DNA of 41,738 nucleotides from a virus (lineage: Duplodnaviria > Caudoviricetes): IMG/VR virus record IMGVR_UViG_3300037313_001127, positions 1-41,738 of that record, one strand, 5' to 3'. A program made the position numbers and the translations under genes. Shown here piece by piece: positions 1-9,156 of the stretch. How positions within the stretch are numbered: position 1 is the first letter of the stretch; every line of letters begins with the position of its first letter. The notes below the pieces were generated by a model that saw only the letters and a program-made list of their open reading frames with translations, did not search any database and was not told the DNA's origin.

Positions 1-310
1 TCGCAGTCTGGTCGTTGGTGTCCGACATGGTTTCGTCGAGGAAGTTGTCGATGTCGACATCGCCCGCGAGGATGCGCAGCTTCGCGACGATCTCGTCGAA
101 ATCGGCGCCGCCCTCGTTCACGACATCATACGGATCGAGGAAGTCCGCTTCGGAAAGCGTCTTCTCGCGGTTGTAGACATACGCCTTGCCGACAATCTTC
201 TTGAACGGCATCAGCGCAAACATGGCATCGTTGTCGATGATCTCCTCGATCACACCCTGCTCCAGGATGTTGTTCGAGAGCTTCTCGGCTTCAACACGAA
301 GCAGGGGCAT
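1..310 (-). CDS. Major capsid protein (5' part, truncated by window edge)
   Basis: Hand translation from ATG at 310 (AAGGAG SD): MPLLRVEAEKLSNNILEQGVIEEIIDNDAMFALMPF...KLRILAGDVDIDNFL. Lies downstream of scaffold and portal; resembles SSU5-type capsid from memory. Confidence 0.85.
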   Translation of the reverse strand, partial: MPLLRVEAEKLSNNILEQGVIEEIIDNDAMFALMPFKKIVGKAYVYNREKTLSEADFLDPYDVVNEGGADFDEIVAKLRILAGDVDIDNFLDETMSDTNDQTA

Positions 311-412
311 TCACGGACTCCTTTGAAAATTCGATTTGGTTGTTTACGGCGCTCATGATACCAAAGTCCGAGTGCATAGGCAATAACACACATGCACTCG
401 GACTAAAGTTTT

Positions 413-1324
413 TTATCGAGCGTTCTGTTCCCGCAGTTTGGCGAGGCCCTGCGACAGGCGTGAAAGGCGGTCGCCCTTGGCCTGCTCCTGGCTCTTGCCG
501 TCGACGGTTTTCGTGCCGGCGCCAGGCTTCGTCTTTGACTTCAGGAGCGAGTCCTTGTCGGGATCAGCCTCGATCACCTTCTTGATCGCGTCGTTGAACG
601 GCAGGGGGTTGCCCTTGCTGTCCATGATCTTCGCGCGCTTCGCTTCGCCGGCCGGAGCGTCGTAGACCACGACCTGGCCGTCCTCGACCTCGACGTAATC
701 GCCGAAGAGCCGCTGGGCCTTGGCGCCAGTCAGGATGGTCTCGTCGTTGATGAACTTCGAGCCGTTGAAGGCATTCTCCGTCCGCACGCGGGTCAGCTGG
801 CTGGCGACCGTCTGCGCTTCCTGGCGGGCAGCGTCACGCTCGGCGACCACCGCTGCGATCGCGGCGTCATGCTCTTCCTGCTGGATCTTGCGCAGAGCCT
901 CGACATTGTTCTCGGCCTGGGCGCGTTCCTTCTCGGCCTTCTTGGCAGCTGCGGCAGCTTCCTTGGCGGCCTTCTCGGCGTCTGCGACCTTCTTCGCGTT
1001 CTCGCGAGCCTGGGCCGCGTCGATCCCGTCGAACTCCTTGACCTTGGCGCGGAGCGCTTCGAGCTCCTCGTTGGCGGCTTCGAGAGCAGCTTGCGCTTCC
1101 TCGGCCGTCTTGGTCTTGTTCTTGGCGGCCTCGGCAGCAGCGGCAGCCTCTTCGGCCTCCTTCGCTTCGCGAGCGGCCTTCTCGTCGTCCGTTTCGGTAA
1201 CGGTGTCGTCGTCCTCGACATGATCGTCGGGGGCGCGCATCAAACGGCCTGCGCGAAGTTCAGCCGGACTGGCGCGGAAGCCCGCGATGCGGGTCGAGGA
1301 AAACAGGTGTCCCTTGAGTGTCAT
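413..1324 (-). CDS. Capsid scaffolding protein
   Basis: Long Ala/Glu/Lys coiled coil with a globular C-terminus, between portal and capsid genes. Confidence 0.75.
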   Translation of the reverse strand: MTLKGHLFSSTRIAGFRASPAELRAGRLMRAPDDHVEDDDTVTETDDEKAAREAKEAEEAAAAAEAAKNKTKTAEEAQAALEAANEELEALRAKVKEFDGIDAAQARENAKKVADAEKAAKEAAAAAKKAEKERAQAENNVEALRKIQQEEHDAAIAAVVAERDAARQEAQTVASQLTRVRTENAFNGSKFINDETILTGAKAQRLFGDYVEVEDGQVVVYDAPAGEAKRAKIMDSKGNPLPFNDAIKKVIEADPDKDSLLKSKTKPGAGTKTVDGKSQEQAKGDRLSRLSQGLAKLREQNAR

Positions 1325-1443
1325 GAAAAAACCTTGTCCTGAAATGGTGTGCTAATTGCATGCAATATAGCACACATGCAGTCCTAGCCGCAAGCCATAG
1401 ATCGGGCAGCATCGCAAACAAGGCTTGAGCCTAGCTGGTTAGA

Positions 1444-3066
1444 TTAGACCGTTTTTTCGGCGGGCTTGTTGTTCTCGCCCTGCTGACCCTTCTTGGGTCC
1501 AGCGCGCTTCTTGGCCGGCGCGGGAGCACCGCCAGGAGCACCAGGCGTTCCGAGGCCAGCGACCTCTTGTTCCTTGAGCCAGTCGTTCTCGATGTCGGAG
1601 ATGATCTTCTTCATCTCTTCGTCGGTCGCCTGCGGGAACATCTTGCGGGCCAGCCGCTCCATCTGCATCTGGCGCAGCTTCTTCGGGGCGTTCATGAGTG
1701 ACAGCCGCTGTGCGTTGTCCATCTCGTCGGCCAGGTTGCGAACGTCGAACGTGGTCGGATAGCTCACGAGATCCTCGATGTCCTGGAGCTCGACCAGTTC
1801 ACCGTTCCATGCCTTGACCAGGCGAATGATGTTCTTCTCGATATGCTGGAGCGAGCGAGCCTTAGCGGCCAGCATCGCGTTCAGCTTCTCGAAGTCATAA
1901 GCCTTCGCCACGCCGGAGCTGTTGTCGATGCCCGCGGCGTTGTCTTCCTTGGTGCGCTCGCCGGCCATGCCGATCGAGTGGTAAATCTCGCCGACGATCT
2001 TGGTGACGGCGCGCATGATGAGGTCGGCCTGCTTAACGTCCGGCGACAGGAACTGCGGCGGGGAGCCACCTTCACCGTTGTAGGCGAACACGCGCTTGGT
2101 GCCCATCTGCTGGATATGCCGGAGCTCGTCGCTCTGACCATCGTCGTCGGGGTCGGCGCTGTTCTCGCTCGGCAGGAGTCCCTGGAACGGGATCGCCAGC
2201 TGGCTGAAGGTCTGGTCCTGGATGATGACATCGAGGTTCGAGAGATAGTTCGCCACCGCGCGATCGAGGTAGGCAACATCATCGATCAGTCCGAGGCTCG
2301 TGTAGAGCTCCTCGCTGTCGAGGTGGTCGGCCGGAAAGATCGGCACGATGCCCAGGTTGTATTCGGTTTCCTGCCCGACTTCGGCGATCTCTTCATTGCC
2401 TTCCTTGCGGACGGTGATCGGGATCGAGAAGTCCTTGGTCCACAGGCGATAGCGCATCGATAGCCCACCCGCAGTGATCGGGTCGGCGTCGTTGCGGTAG
2501 TATTCGCGGTTGATGAACCATTCGAGCTCGCCGTCCTCATCGTAGGCCATGTCGAGCGCGTCGATCGGCTTGATGTGGTAGGCGTAAGCGCGGCCACCAG
2601 ATTCCTTGCGGTCGGCCTCCGACTGCACGCCGGCGGGGATGTTGTTGTCGACCACGACCCAAATCCGCCCGAACGTCGAGGTCCAGGTGGAGAGTGCGGT
2701 CATAAGGTCGGCGATCGGCCGCTTCAGGAGCGTCGATGCCTTCCAGAAGTCACGGATCTCGGTGGGCAGCGCGTCCTCGGCCTTGCGGTCGATCGCGCCC
2801 TTGAAGACATACTTGTTGACGAGGCTGATGACTTCGCGACTGTGCGGGAAGCGGTAGGCGCGCGCCTTACGAGCGCGGAACTCCTTCTTGCCTTCCTTGT
2901 GGTAGGTGAAGATGTTCTTGTCGATCCACTCGCGACCGCCCTTGTAGGACAGTTCGAGGAAGTCCCAGTGATCGGACTTCTCGCTATATTCGGGGTGACG
3001 GCGCTTCACCATGGCGAGCAGCTGCTCGGATGTGGCGGATTTGATGGTGGCGAGCGCGATAGTCAT
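1444..3066 (-). CDS. Portal protein
   Basis: ~540 aa, RRHPEY...W start and SGVAKAYDF motif, downstream of TerL. Start placed at ATG 3066 because the longer ORF extension runs through a regulatory palindrome. Confidence 0.85.
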   Translation of the reverse strand: MTIALATIKSATSEQLLAMVKRRHPEYSEKSDHWDFLELSYKGGREWIDKNIFTYHKEGKKEFRARKARAYRFPHSREVISLVNKYVFKGAIDRKAEDALPTEIRDFWKASTLLKRPIADLMTALSTWTSTFGRIWVVVDNNIPAGVQSEADRKESGGRAYAYHIKPIDALDMAYDEDGELEWFINREYYRNDADPITAGGLSMRYRLWTKDFSIPITVRKEGNEEIAEVGQETEYNLGIVPIFPADHLDSEELYTSLGLIDDVAYLDRAVANYLSNLDVIIQDQTFSQLAIPFQGLLPSENSADPDDDGQSDELRHIQQMGTKRVFAYNGEGGSPPQFLSPDVKQADLIMRAVTKIVGEIYHSIGMAGERTKEDNAAGIDNSSGVAKAYDFEKLNAMLAAKARSLQHIEKNIIRLVKAWNGELVELQDIEDLVSYPTTFDVRNLADEMDNAQRLSLMNAPKKLRQMQMERLARKMFPQATDEEMKKIISDIENDWLKEQEVAGLGTPGAPGGAPAPAKKRAGPKKGQQGENNKPAEKTV

Positions 3067-3130
3067 GACCGCCAAAGAATACCATAGTGCATGCGTGTTG
3101 TCACGCATGCACTATGGGCACAGGGAAAGT

Positions 3131-3367
3131 TTAGGCAGTCGGGGTCGTGGTGTTCTGCTCCTGCGCGGACTCGATGAGCCCCTGCAGGTAGGCAGCCTCT
3201 TGCGCGCTGACGGCGTGCAGACCAGTTGCGACGGCGAGAGCGAGGCTCACCCAGGTCTCCGGCACATGCGGGATCTGGTAGCCGAGAGCGCCGGCGATGA
3301 CAGAGACGACAGTCGCGACGGCGAGCATGAACGTCCGATTGAACACAAACTTCTTGACGGTTTCCAC
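3131..3367 (-). CDS. Small two-TM membrane protein (holin-like)
   Basis: 78 aa with two hydrophobic segments; AAGGA SD. Confidence 0.45.
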   Translation of the reverse strand: METVKKFVFNRTFMLAVATVVSVIAGALGYQIPHVPETWVSLALAVATGLHAVSAQEAAYLQGLIESAQEQNTTTPTA

Positions 3368-3436
3368 TTCGATTCCTTTCAGGGTAGCGTGGCGATTTTA
3401 CGCCACTGCATGTGTGTTGTCCATCACTAAGAATCG

Positions 3437-4696
3437 TTAATAGTTGAAGCCTATCAGCTTCTTAAACCGCTGGCCGAAGAGGTAATGGATTGGGTAGCCG
3501 AGCGCGTCGGCCATGTGCTCCATGCCCTGGCTCTTATCGACCTGGGGAGTGCCGGCCTTGTAGATCGTCTGCTCCAGACTCTCGATCAGCTTGTTGCACC
3601 GCTCATCCACGAACATCCGGCAGGTGCCGTCCGCGGACTTGAACATTGAATTGACGATCGCCACGCGGTCGCTGACCAGCGGGTGCTTCTTCTTGTAGAG
3701 GATTTTCTTGAAGCCACGCTCACGGAAAACGTCCAGGTCGGACTCGCCGCGCGAGGTGTTGCGGTTCGCGCCGGCAGGGTCGGGGTAGAGCGTGATCTGG
3801 TTCTTGTTGCGGAAGTAGCGCCGATCGATCTCCTCGCAGACTTCGACCACGTTGGAGCTCGGCATGTGGATTTCGTCGACGATCCAGATGTCACCGTTCG
3901 GCTGAATCTGCATGATGACCGACGACATCGGATCCACGTTGAAGTCCTGACCGATGATGATCGGGAGCCGCGGATTGAACGGGTATTTGCCGACATGCCT
4001 GTTCCGGTCGAACGCGTAGTAGACGCGGCCGGACATGGACTCGAAGCTCGCCTCGAACTCCTGGCGGAAGGACTTGGGATCCAGGTGAGCACGCGCGAAC
4101 GCAATTTCCGAGGGCGGAAAGAACGGCGACATGATCGTCGGGAACTGCCAGCTCCACCACTGGCCGCTGCGGCGGTTCTTTTCGAGCTGCCCCATCCGGT
4201 AGAGCTCGTAGAAGTGGTTGTAGGACTTCGGCGTGCCGATGCAGAGCATGTTGCCCTTGGTCTGCGTCAGCGTCGGATACAGAACCTTGGTCCAAACCTC
4301 CGGCCGGAAGTCCTGGAACTCGTCGAGGATGATGAAGTTGACGCCGCGGCCACGCAGCGTGTCAGGACGGTCGGCGCCCTTGAGCTGAATGACGGTGCCG
4401 TTGACCAGCCGGATCTCAAGCCGCGTCTCGTGGGTCTTCTTGATCCATTCCTTGGGCAGAGCGTCCAGTAGCTCGTCCCACATGATCTCGCGGGCCATGC
4501 TGAAGGTCGGCGCGACATACCAGATGAGCTTCCGCCCCTTGCCCTTGGCGGCGCGAATGATCTCCGTGCGGGCAAGGTGGGTCTTCCCGAAGCGTCGGCC
4601 GGCGACGAGCACGCGAAAACGGGCAGGGTGCCGGAACACCTGCGCTTGCGCGTTGTGCAGCTTCAGCTGGATTTTCGGGACTGGGAAGTAGGACAC
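3437..4696 (-). CDS. terL: Terminase large subunit
   Basis: Walker A AGRRFGKT, Walker B IILDEF, GTP coupling motif, nuclease motifs GQDFN and HMADALGY. Confidence 0.95.
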   Translation of the reverse strand: MSYFPVPKIQLKLHNAQAQVFRHPARFRVLVAGRRFGKTHLARTEIIRAAKGKGRKLIWYVAPTFSMAREIMWDELLDALPKEWIKKTHETRLEIRLVNGTVIQLKGADRPDTLRGRGVNFIILDEFQDFRPEVWTKVLYPTLTQTKGNMLCIGTPKSYNHFYELYRMGQLEKNRRSGQWWSWQFPTIMSPFFPPSEIAFARAHLDPKSFRQEFEASFESMSGRVYYAFDRNRHVGKYPFNPRLPIIIGQDFNVDPMSSVIMQIQPNGDIWIVDEIHMPSSNVVEVCEEIDRRYFRNKNQITLYPDPAGANRNTSRGESDLDVFRERGFKKILYKKKHPLVSDRVAIVNSMFKSADGTCRMFVDERCNKLIESLEQTIYKAGTPQVDKSQGMEHMADALGYPIHYLFGQRFKKLIGFNY

Positions 4697-4698
4697 GA

Positions 4699-5295
4699 TT
4701 AGTCGGCCAGTTCGCCGTCCTCTTCGTCGCCCTCGTCTTCATCGAGCACGAGGTTATCGATGTCCTCCATCGACGCCTGGTAGGCTTCCTCGTTGGCGGC
4801 CCTGATCGTTTCGAGCTCGTCCTCGGTGTATTCGCCGACATTCAGGGTCGCGAGCTCTTCGCTCTCCTGCAGCATCTCCTCGATCTTGTGGATGTCCCAC
4901 GCCTCGGAGCGGCCCTTCGCGAGCGTTGCCATCGCGTTCTTGATGGTGATGACATCCCCGTTCGCGGCAGCGAGGCTCCCGTTCTCGTTGGCGTCACGGA
5001 TGCGCTTGACCAGGATCTGGACGAAGAACTCGTTGAACTTGCCGAACTGATCGGCCTTGGCGATCGCAGCCTTCACCTTCTCTCGCCGAGCCTTCTCGGC
5101 TTCATCCTCGATCTCGCCCTCGACATCGGCGATGCGCGAGCCCTTGGTGATCCCGCGTTGACGCAGACCCTTGTGGATAGCCTGGGGCGACACGCCGAAC
5201 TGGTCAGCGAGATCGCGCACGGTCTTCTCGCCGCGACTGTAGAGGGTCACGACCTGTGCCCAGTCTGCGGGGGAAAGCATCTTCTGGTTACTCAC
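4699..5295 (-). CDS. terS: Terminase small subunit (N-terminal HTH)
   Basis: HTH TVRDLADQFGVSPQAIHK, acidic tail, directly upstream of terL; GTG 5295 has a GGAG SD. Confidence 0.75.
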   Translation of the reverse strand: MSNQKMLSPADWAQVVTLYSRGEKTVRDLADQFGVSPQAIHKGLRQRGITKGSRIADVEGEIEDEAEKARREKVKAAIAKADQFGKFNEFFVQILVKRIRDANENGSLAAANGDVITIKNAMATLAKGRSEAWDIHKIEEMLQESEELATLNVGEYTEDELETIRAANEEAYQASMEDIDNLVLDEDEGDEEDGELAD

Positions 5296-5420
5296 GATTG
5301 AACTCCGTGCATGTGTGTAGCTTATCACAAACTCCTGACATTCGTCGAGAACGCCGAGGGGTTATCCTTGAAATGACAAAAAGCGGGGCGCAGCCCGTTC
5401 TTCTTCAGAAGAACATACCG

Positions 5421-5600
5421 TTTGAGAATCTTCTCGAATCTTGAATCTTTGATTCTGATTCAGACTCAGAGATAAGTATATAATATAAATACTTAAAAGC
5501 GCGCGTAGACACGCAGACACCTGCGAGCGCCCACGCATTACGCACACACTCCGGCGTGCAGACACGCGTGCGCGACCACGCGTGCGTATACGCGTAAGGG
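5421..5600. other. Non-coding cis element: GANTC cluster, AT-rich tract, purine-pyrimidine repeats (candidate pac or origin)
   Basis: GANTC at 5426, 5436, 5443, 5451, 5457, 5463; AT tract 5472-5498; ACACGC/CACGCG repeats 5499-5596. Confidence 0.45.
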
Positions 5601-5606
5601 GCGAAC

Positions 5607-5912
5607 TCACGGCGATACCGGCAGGTTAGCCGGCCTCACGATGTTTGCTCCCAGTGGGGTCGCGACGTAGGTCTGCATCATGCGGTTGCGGCGCTTCATC
5701 TTGCCCGCTTCAGCAATGAGACCGTGGCCGGCGAGATGCCGGAGCGAGCAGATCATTGACCCGCGTGCGGTTCCAGGCGCGCAGCGTTCGAGCAGCTGGT
5801 AGACATCCAGCGGCGTTCCATCGGGGTTGCCCTTCACGAGCTCCGCGAGGATCGCGAGTTGCTTGGGCGTGCAGTATGCACCGCGGCGCTTGGGGTAGGC
5901 CGAGATGCTCAT
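5607..5912 (-). CDS. Winged-helix DNA-binding protein
   Basis: 101 aa from ATG 5912 (ATGA overlap with upstream stop); wHTH pattern SLRHLAGHGLI...YVATPLG. Confidence 0.6.
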   Translation of the reverse strand: MSISAYPKRRGAYCTPKQLAILAELVKGNPDGTPLDVYQLLERCAPGTARGSMICSLRHLAGHGLIAEAGKMKRRNRMMQTYVATPLGANIVRPANLPVSP

Positions 5913-6826
5913 GGCAGGATCAACTTCGCGTTGGTCGGCTGATTGTCGAACCAGGTGAGCGGGATCTGTGCCGGCAGATCGGTGCGGCCGACATCGGGAT
6001 TCGTGTAGATGCCGTAGAGCGGGCTCGCGAGCACCATCTGCTGCAGCGCATGGACGCAATCGCGCATGGACATCTTTGCCACGCGTGCCTCGCCAACGCC
6101 GCCCAGGGACTTGCCGGTCTTCTCCAGCGCGGAGTGCTTGTAGTAGAACTCCTTCGTGGCGGCCATGATCGCCTCGCGCTCGGTGTCAGGCTTCGAGCTC
6201 CATTCCTCCAGGATCGCTTCGAGATCGGCCGGATCGCTGTCGAAGGTCGAGCGGAAGAACTTGATGCCGACATCGTATTTGTTCGACCGCATCGGCTTCA
6301 CGAACTGGAAACCCGCCTTGTGGGCGAACAGGTTGTATTTGGACATCGAGGACTGGATCTCGATGAACCGCTTGGCTTCCATCCGGCTCGCGATGTTGGT
6401 GAACCGCTGGGCCAGGCCGGCGCCGCGATACATCGTGTCCACGACCACGCGAGCCACCACGCTCATGTTGGCGTTGATCCACTTCATGCGGAACTGGTTG
6501 GTGATCTTCGTGTCCTGGCCGGTCGGCTTCAGCTTCGGCAGAACGACATGGCGCTCTTTCAGCAGCAGCTTCGGCGATGCCATGACCAGCACGCCGATGA
6601 CCTCGCCGTCGAGCTGCAGCGTGAAGTGGTGGCTTCCGGCGGGGAGGGTGCCGGACTGCTTGTAGTGCAACGCCTCGAACTGGCGCCAATCATCGATCGT
6701 GCCGCGTTGCACGGTCATGTGATCGATCAGGTCCAGGCGCGGCTTGTCGTTGCAACACTCGACTTCCCAGGGAAAATCTTCGTTGCATTCGAGAACTTGG
6801 GGCGCTACATGCGTGTCATTCAGCAT
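5909..6826 (-). CDS. GNAT-fold (Mom-like) acetyltransferase
   Basis: LHYK motif and acetyl-CoA motif RVVVDTMYRGAGLA; coupled to the ABC ATPase gene. Confidence 0.7.
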   Translation of the reverse strand: MLNDTHVAPQVLECNEDFPWEVECCNDKPRLDLIDHMTVQRGTIDDWRQFEALHYKQSGTLPAGSHHFTLQLDGEVIGVLVMASPKLLLKERHVVLPKLKPTGQDTKITNQFRMKWINANMSVVARVVVDTMYRGAGLAQRFTNIASRMEAKRFIEIQSSMSKYNLFAHKAGFQFVKPMRSNKYDVGIKFFRSTFDSDPADLEAILEEWSSKPDTEREAIMAATKEFYYKHSALEKTGKSLGGVGEARVAKMSMRDCVHALQQMVLASPLYGIYTNPDVGRTDLPAQIPLTWFDNQPTNAKLILP

Positions 6827-7475
6827 GCACTGACTCGACGCGAATACGGTCGTGGAAGCGCTTGGTAACTTTGATGGATGGGGCAAGGGCTTCGACGAGA
6901 TCGGTATGGGTGGTAGCGACGATCAGGGTCTTTCCGTAAGCGCGAGCGGTCTTCGCCATGTTCCAGGCGACGATCTTGGCCGTGACGCGATCGAGGACCG
7001 CGCCGAACTCGTCAGCTACCCATACGTCTGCATTTTCCTCGATGAGCTTCGCAAGGCGAAAGCGGTAACGCTGTCCATCGGAGAGCTCTGCCGGCTGACG
7101 AATGTAGAGGTAGGCATCCGAGAGCCCCGCGATCGAGAGGAGGCGGATCGCCTCGGCCATGCTGTCGCCGCCGATCTGGTCAATCAGGGGCGCCTGGTCG
7201 AAGCGCACTTCATCGATGTTGGAGACCCGCTGTCCATTCTGGCGCAGCGCTTCCGCAAGCTCGCGCAGCAGCACGGACTTCCCAGCGCCGGACTGACCAT
7301 TGATGTAAATTACATCGCCGGGGGTTACGTCGAGTTTTACCTCATCCAGGACGGTGAATACACGGTCCTCCAGACCGAGCCCGAAAGCCTCGGCGACCTT
7401 GATAACTCGATCGCTCCGCTCAACGCGGGTCTGAAAGCTCTTATTGAGGGTTACGGACAGCGGGTTAGCGGGCAC
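6816..7475 (-). CDS. ABC-type ATPase (soluble, phage type)
   Basis: Walker A GQSGAGKS, signature LSDGQ, Walker B WVADEF, H-loop TTH; no permease nearby. Confidence 0.85.
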   Translation of the reverse strand: MPANPLSVTLNKSFQTRVERSDRVIKVAEAFGLGLEDRVFTVLDEVKLDVTPGDVIYINGQSGAGKSVLLRELAEALRQNGQRVSNIDEVRFDQAPLIDQIGGDSMAEAIRLLSIAGLSDAYLYIRQPAELSDGQRYRFRLAKLIEENADVWVADEFGAVLDRVTAKIVAWNMAKTARAYGKTLIVATTHTDLVEALAPSIKVTKRFHDRIRVESVHAE

Positions 7476-8151
7476 CGACCCACTCCACAAACGCTTCCTC
7501 GCCCTTGAGGCCGGTCTCGGCTTCGATGTCAGCCAGGAACCTTCGCACATGCTTCACCGCGGCGATCGGCACGCTGTTGAACCCGAAGACCTTGGTGACC
7601 TTCTCGGAGCTCCCATCGGTCGCCTTGACCTTCTCGGCCGTCTCTTCCTCCTGGGCGTCGATGTCGGCGTCGAGGTCAGTGGAGATCGCGTCGATGTTCA
7701 TGGATCCGAGATCCTCGACCAGGAAGTCGAGCTCCCCATCGTCCAGGCCAAGCTCGTCGAGGTTGATCTCCGTGCTCTGCGAGAGGCGCCGGATTTCTTC
7801 AGCCATGAACTCGCTGTCGTATTCGGTCGAGGCGGTCTTGTTGTGCGCGATGCGCGCGGCGTCAGCCTGGTCTTTGGTCAGGTGCGCAGCGTGCTTCACC
7901 GGCACCTTCACATGCCCAAGCTCGGTCAGAGCCTGGAAGCGACCGTGGCCGGCGATAATCACGCCGTCCATGTCGACGATCAGGGCGTCGAAGAGTCCGC
8001 GCTCGCGGATCGACTTCTTGAGCTTCTCGATGTGCTCCTTCGAGTGAACCTTCGTGTTCCGCTCGTAGGGCTTCACATCGCCGATGTCCCAAAGCTGGGT
8101 CGGCAACTGGACCAGCTGATAGGGGTCTGCCGTCTGTGTGTTACTCACCAT
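7465..8151 (-). CDS. ParB/Srx N-terminal domain protein
   Basis: KPYERN...IIAGHGR...ARIAHN motifs. Confidence 0.85.
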   Translation of the reverse strand: MVSNTQTADPYQLVQLPTQLWDIGDVKPYERNTKVHSKEHIEKLKKSIRERGLFDALIVDMDGVIIAGHGRFQALTELGHVKVPVKHAAHLTKDQADAARIAHNKTASTEYDSEFMAEEIRRLSQSTEINLDELGLDDGELDFLVEDLGSMNIDAISTDLDADIDAQEEETAEKVKATDGSSEKVTKVFGFNSVPIAAVKHVRRFLADIEAETGLKGEEAFVEWVGAR

Positions 8152-8339
8152 GCACTCCGTCCGAAGAAACTGTCGAGCCCTTCCGGTTCAGGCTCCTCAA
8201 AGAACTCGCCGTTGTCGCAGCCGCCGCAGGTTCGCCGCTTCATGCGGTTCGCACAGCCGGCGCAGTCGGGGAACTTCCACCACGGCTTTTCCTCCTGCTC
8301 GTCGTCCGGCAGATCGTCACGCAGAGGCATCGGTGACAT
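8145..8339 (-). CDS. Small Cys-rich (zinc-binding) protein
   Basis: CAGC...CGGC; overlaps both neighbouring genes. Confidence 0.55.
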   Translation of the reverse strand: MSPMPLRDDLPDDEQEEKPWWKFPDCAGCANRMKRRTCGGCDNGEFFEEPEPEGLDSFFGRSAW

Positions 8340-9024
8340 CCTCGACTTCGAGTTGGACCAGGCCGCTGTTCAGCAGGGCGTGGGCGAGGGCACTGCCGGC
8401 GTTCGTCAGGTCATCCTCGGTATTGAAGCCTTCCTGGACCATGACCGACCGGATCTTGTCCGAGATCGCCGCGGCATCCGCGACCGAGCAACGGAAACGG
8501 AGAACCTGGTGGGTCTTGACCGGCTTGGTTGGGGGAGGGGTGTCATCCTCTTCCTGGTCGGGAATGACTGGCTCATCGAGGTCGAGGTTCTCGACATCGA
8601 CGGCGAGGGAGGCGGTGAGGGCAGCAATGTCGCCGGCCGACCACGGCAGGATGTTCTCGATCGCCTGGGTGTCGAGATCGCCGAGGAGCTCGGAGAGCTT
8701 CAGGGTGTCGTCGATACCGTAGCGCGCATTGTCCGCGAGGCTGATCTCCTTGGCGCGCTCTTCGCTGATGCGGCCGAGGTTGATTGCCGGAACCTGGGTC
8801 CAGCCGAGTTCGATTGCCTGTTCGACGCGGTGCCATCCGCCGATCGACTGGACAGAACCATCGTCGAGTTCCCGCACGAGCACTGGCTTAAACATGCCGT
8901 TCCGCTCCAGCGAGGCGCGGAGCTTCTGCTCGTTTTCGTGGGACACGACATTGGTGTTCCAGGGATTCGGCTGGATCACATTAGGGTCGAGCAGTTGATA
9001 TTGCGCCTGCTGCATGTGTGTCAT
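8317..9024 (-). CDS. Second ParB/Srx N-terminal domain protein
   Basis: PNPWNTN...IGGWHR...SLADN; start could be 9015 or 9024. Confidence 0.8.
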   Translation of the reverse strand: MTHMQQAQYQLLDPNVIQPNPWNTNVVSHENEQKLRASLERNGMFKPVLVRELDDGSVQSIGGWHRVEQAIELGWTQVPAINLGRISEERAKEISLADNARYGIDDTLKLSELLGDLDTQAIENILPWSAGDIAALTASLAVDVENLDLDEPVIPDQEEDDTPPPTKPVKTHQVLRFRCSVADAAAISDKIRSVMVQEGFNTEDDLTNAGSALAHALLNSGLVQLEVEDVTDASA

Positions 9025-9156
9025 AAGGCACATACTACAGGAAAACGCCTACAGATGGAAGAGAAAAGATTGCTCAAAAGTGGTAATACGATTGCGGTAT
9101 GCTAAAAATGGTAACCCTAGACAACCTTGCATTGTTTTGGTAATATAGTCGCTCGA

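Noticed and set aside
6816-7475. ABC transporter
   Set aside because: No permease or substrate-binding gene nearby; the context is a packaging locus with a GNAT.
7465-9024. Plasmid partition system (parAB)
   Set aside because: No ParA in the window and no obvious parS-binding HTH; these look like terminase-associated ParB/Srx proteins. Partition is not fully excluded.
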